NCBI GenBank assembly: GCA_003427395.1
Contig: BFEA01000002.1
Coordinates: 3,514,718 to 3,578,717, forward strand
Length of the DNA stretch: 64,000 nt
Direction of reading: 5' to 3'
DNA from: Chara braunii
Lineage: Eukaryota; Plantae; Charophyceae
The position numbers and the translations under genes were made by a program. Of this stretch, positions 62,556 through 64,000 are shown one piece after another. Each line of letters starts with the position of its first letter. Position 1 is the stretch's first letter. The notes below the pieces were generated by a model. The model saw only the letters and a list, made by a program, of their open reading frames with translations, was not told the origin of the DNA and made no database searches.

Positions 62556-62608
62556 GGGACGCCTGACCCATTTTCCGGCAGGTGCAGCTCCCCACCAATA
62601 AATGGAGC
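62556..62608 (+). mobile_element. Module C copy (retroelement 3' motif)
   Basis: GGGACGCCTGACCCATTTTCCGGCAGGTGCAGCTCCCCACCAATAAATGGAGC. Confidence 0.75.
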
Positions 62609-63869
62609 CTGTGTTTGGTGGGGGAAAGGGGGGGGGGGGGGGGGGAGGCAGGCGGAAAAAAAAAAAAGGTGTCATAGCTGTGTGCTTGCAGGTGTCAGTG
62701 CTACTAGCCAGAGCCTTCAAACCGCTTCCAAAAAATGATACCGCATTTGTACCAACACCCCAAATTGGCGCCTGACAAATTCCGCCAGGCTTTGGCCAAA
62801 AAAACTGGCCTGGCTATCATGGTAACCACGGACCCCGGCACCGGACACTCTCGGACTGTCTTCTGGACCAGTGTCTGGACCNNNNNNNNNNNNNNNNNNN
62901 NNNNNNNNNNNNNNNNNNNNNNNNNNNNNNNNNNNNNNNNNNNNNNNNNNNNNNNNNNNNNNNNNNNNNNNNNNNNNNNNNNNNNNNNNNNNNNNNNNNN
63001 NNNNNNNNNNNNNNNNNNNNNNNNNNNNNNNNNNNNNNNNNNNNNNNNNNNAAAAAAAAAAAAAAAAAGTATGATTAACTTTGAAGTTTGAATTTTGAAT
63101 TAAGTAATTTAAGTTCATAACTTCATATAACTTAAAAGTTCGAACTTGGTGGAAAACAACCATCTCTGGAAGATTCACCGGAGGCAGTGTTGAGAGAGCG
63201 GTGTTACCGGGCGGGCAGCGTAGTGCTCCGGTAACTCCATCGCCAACAGCGATTAGCGCTAGCGGCGCTACCCAGCCGATACCTCCGCTGCCGCAACGGA
63301 GGTCGGAAGACGCGCTGCTCACCTCTCTCATCGAGGGTGGGGCTTGCCCAGGATGCAGTCGTGTCACTCTGGTAGTCCATAGCTAGAGTAGGTTAGGAAA
63401 GGATGTTCTTTCTCCCCCCTACCCCGGCCCCTTCTACGACATGCTCAAGTGACGCAGGGCCACGGAGCGGAGTGACTGAAAAAAAGTACAAGTGACACAA
63501 CGAGACACAGAAGCTGCAACAGGAAGGGAGAGGGACCACAATGGCTGAACAGGCAACTGTAAGGGAACTGCCAGGCGCGACAGGCAATGCACAATATCAG
63601 TCCGGGAAAGATGTCAAACAACACTTATAATAGCCGAAACATAACAACGCCAGGGATGGGAAGAGGCGCATTTTGGTATGTGTAGCCACGGCCCTCCCCC
63701 CCCTGGGAGCAATAGTAAGGAGGAACCTCTTTCAATGGCATACAAGTGACTAGATCTTGAGGTTGAGTACAACCTACTGTATGGCAATCCTCTCAGCTCG
63801 CAATCACGAGATTCACTGGGGGATGATGGGACGAAAGGCTAGCCTAAATACAGGGTCAAGAGTCTCTTT

Positions 63870-63906
<37 letters not shown>

Positions 63907-63927
63907 AGCCCGAGCGGCTGCTAGGGG

Positions 63928-63965
63928 CTGTCTCTTATACACATCTAGATGTGTATAAGAGACAG
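63928..63965. other. Nextera mate-pair junction adapter (artefact)
   Basis: Exact 38-mer, followed by a copy of ~58007-58041. Confidence 0.99.
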
Positions 63966-64000
63966 GCATATAACAGCGCGATGTATAGGCTGTGTCAGAC

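Overview
Repeat-dominated, gappy eukaryotic nuclear scaffold with no intact host gene that I can support. Plant-type U6 remnants and mitochondrial insertions (atp9 [15 protein letters not shown], nad9, mt SSU rRNA) point to a green plant, probably a streptophyte alga (inference). Main contents: two convergent near-full-length L1/Tx1-like LINEs with an unusually long (~1000 aa) ORF1, older LINE debris, a Penelope-like RT remnant, Tourist-like and TTAA-flanked MITEs, two U6 pseudogenes, a tRNA-derived head, three mitochondrial insertions, microsatellites and Nextera mate-pair adapter artefacts. The most interesting signal is non-coding: a set of covarying RNA modules. A ~55-nt 3' motif (about 12 copies) is shared by the LINE and by long ORF-less polyadenylated elements. 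Those ORF-less elements carry about 12 copies, mostly as ~125-nt-spaced dimers, of a three-way junction resembling the SRP (7SL) Alu domain. This suggests a possible Alu-like LINE parasite in a plant-lineage genome. All alignments and folds were done by eye and need computational confirmation.
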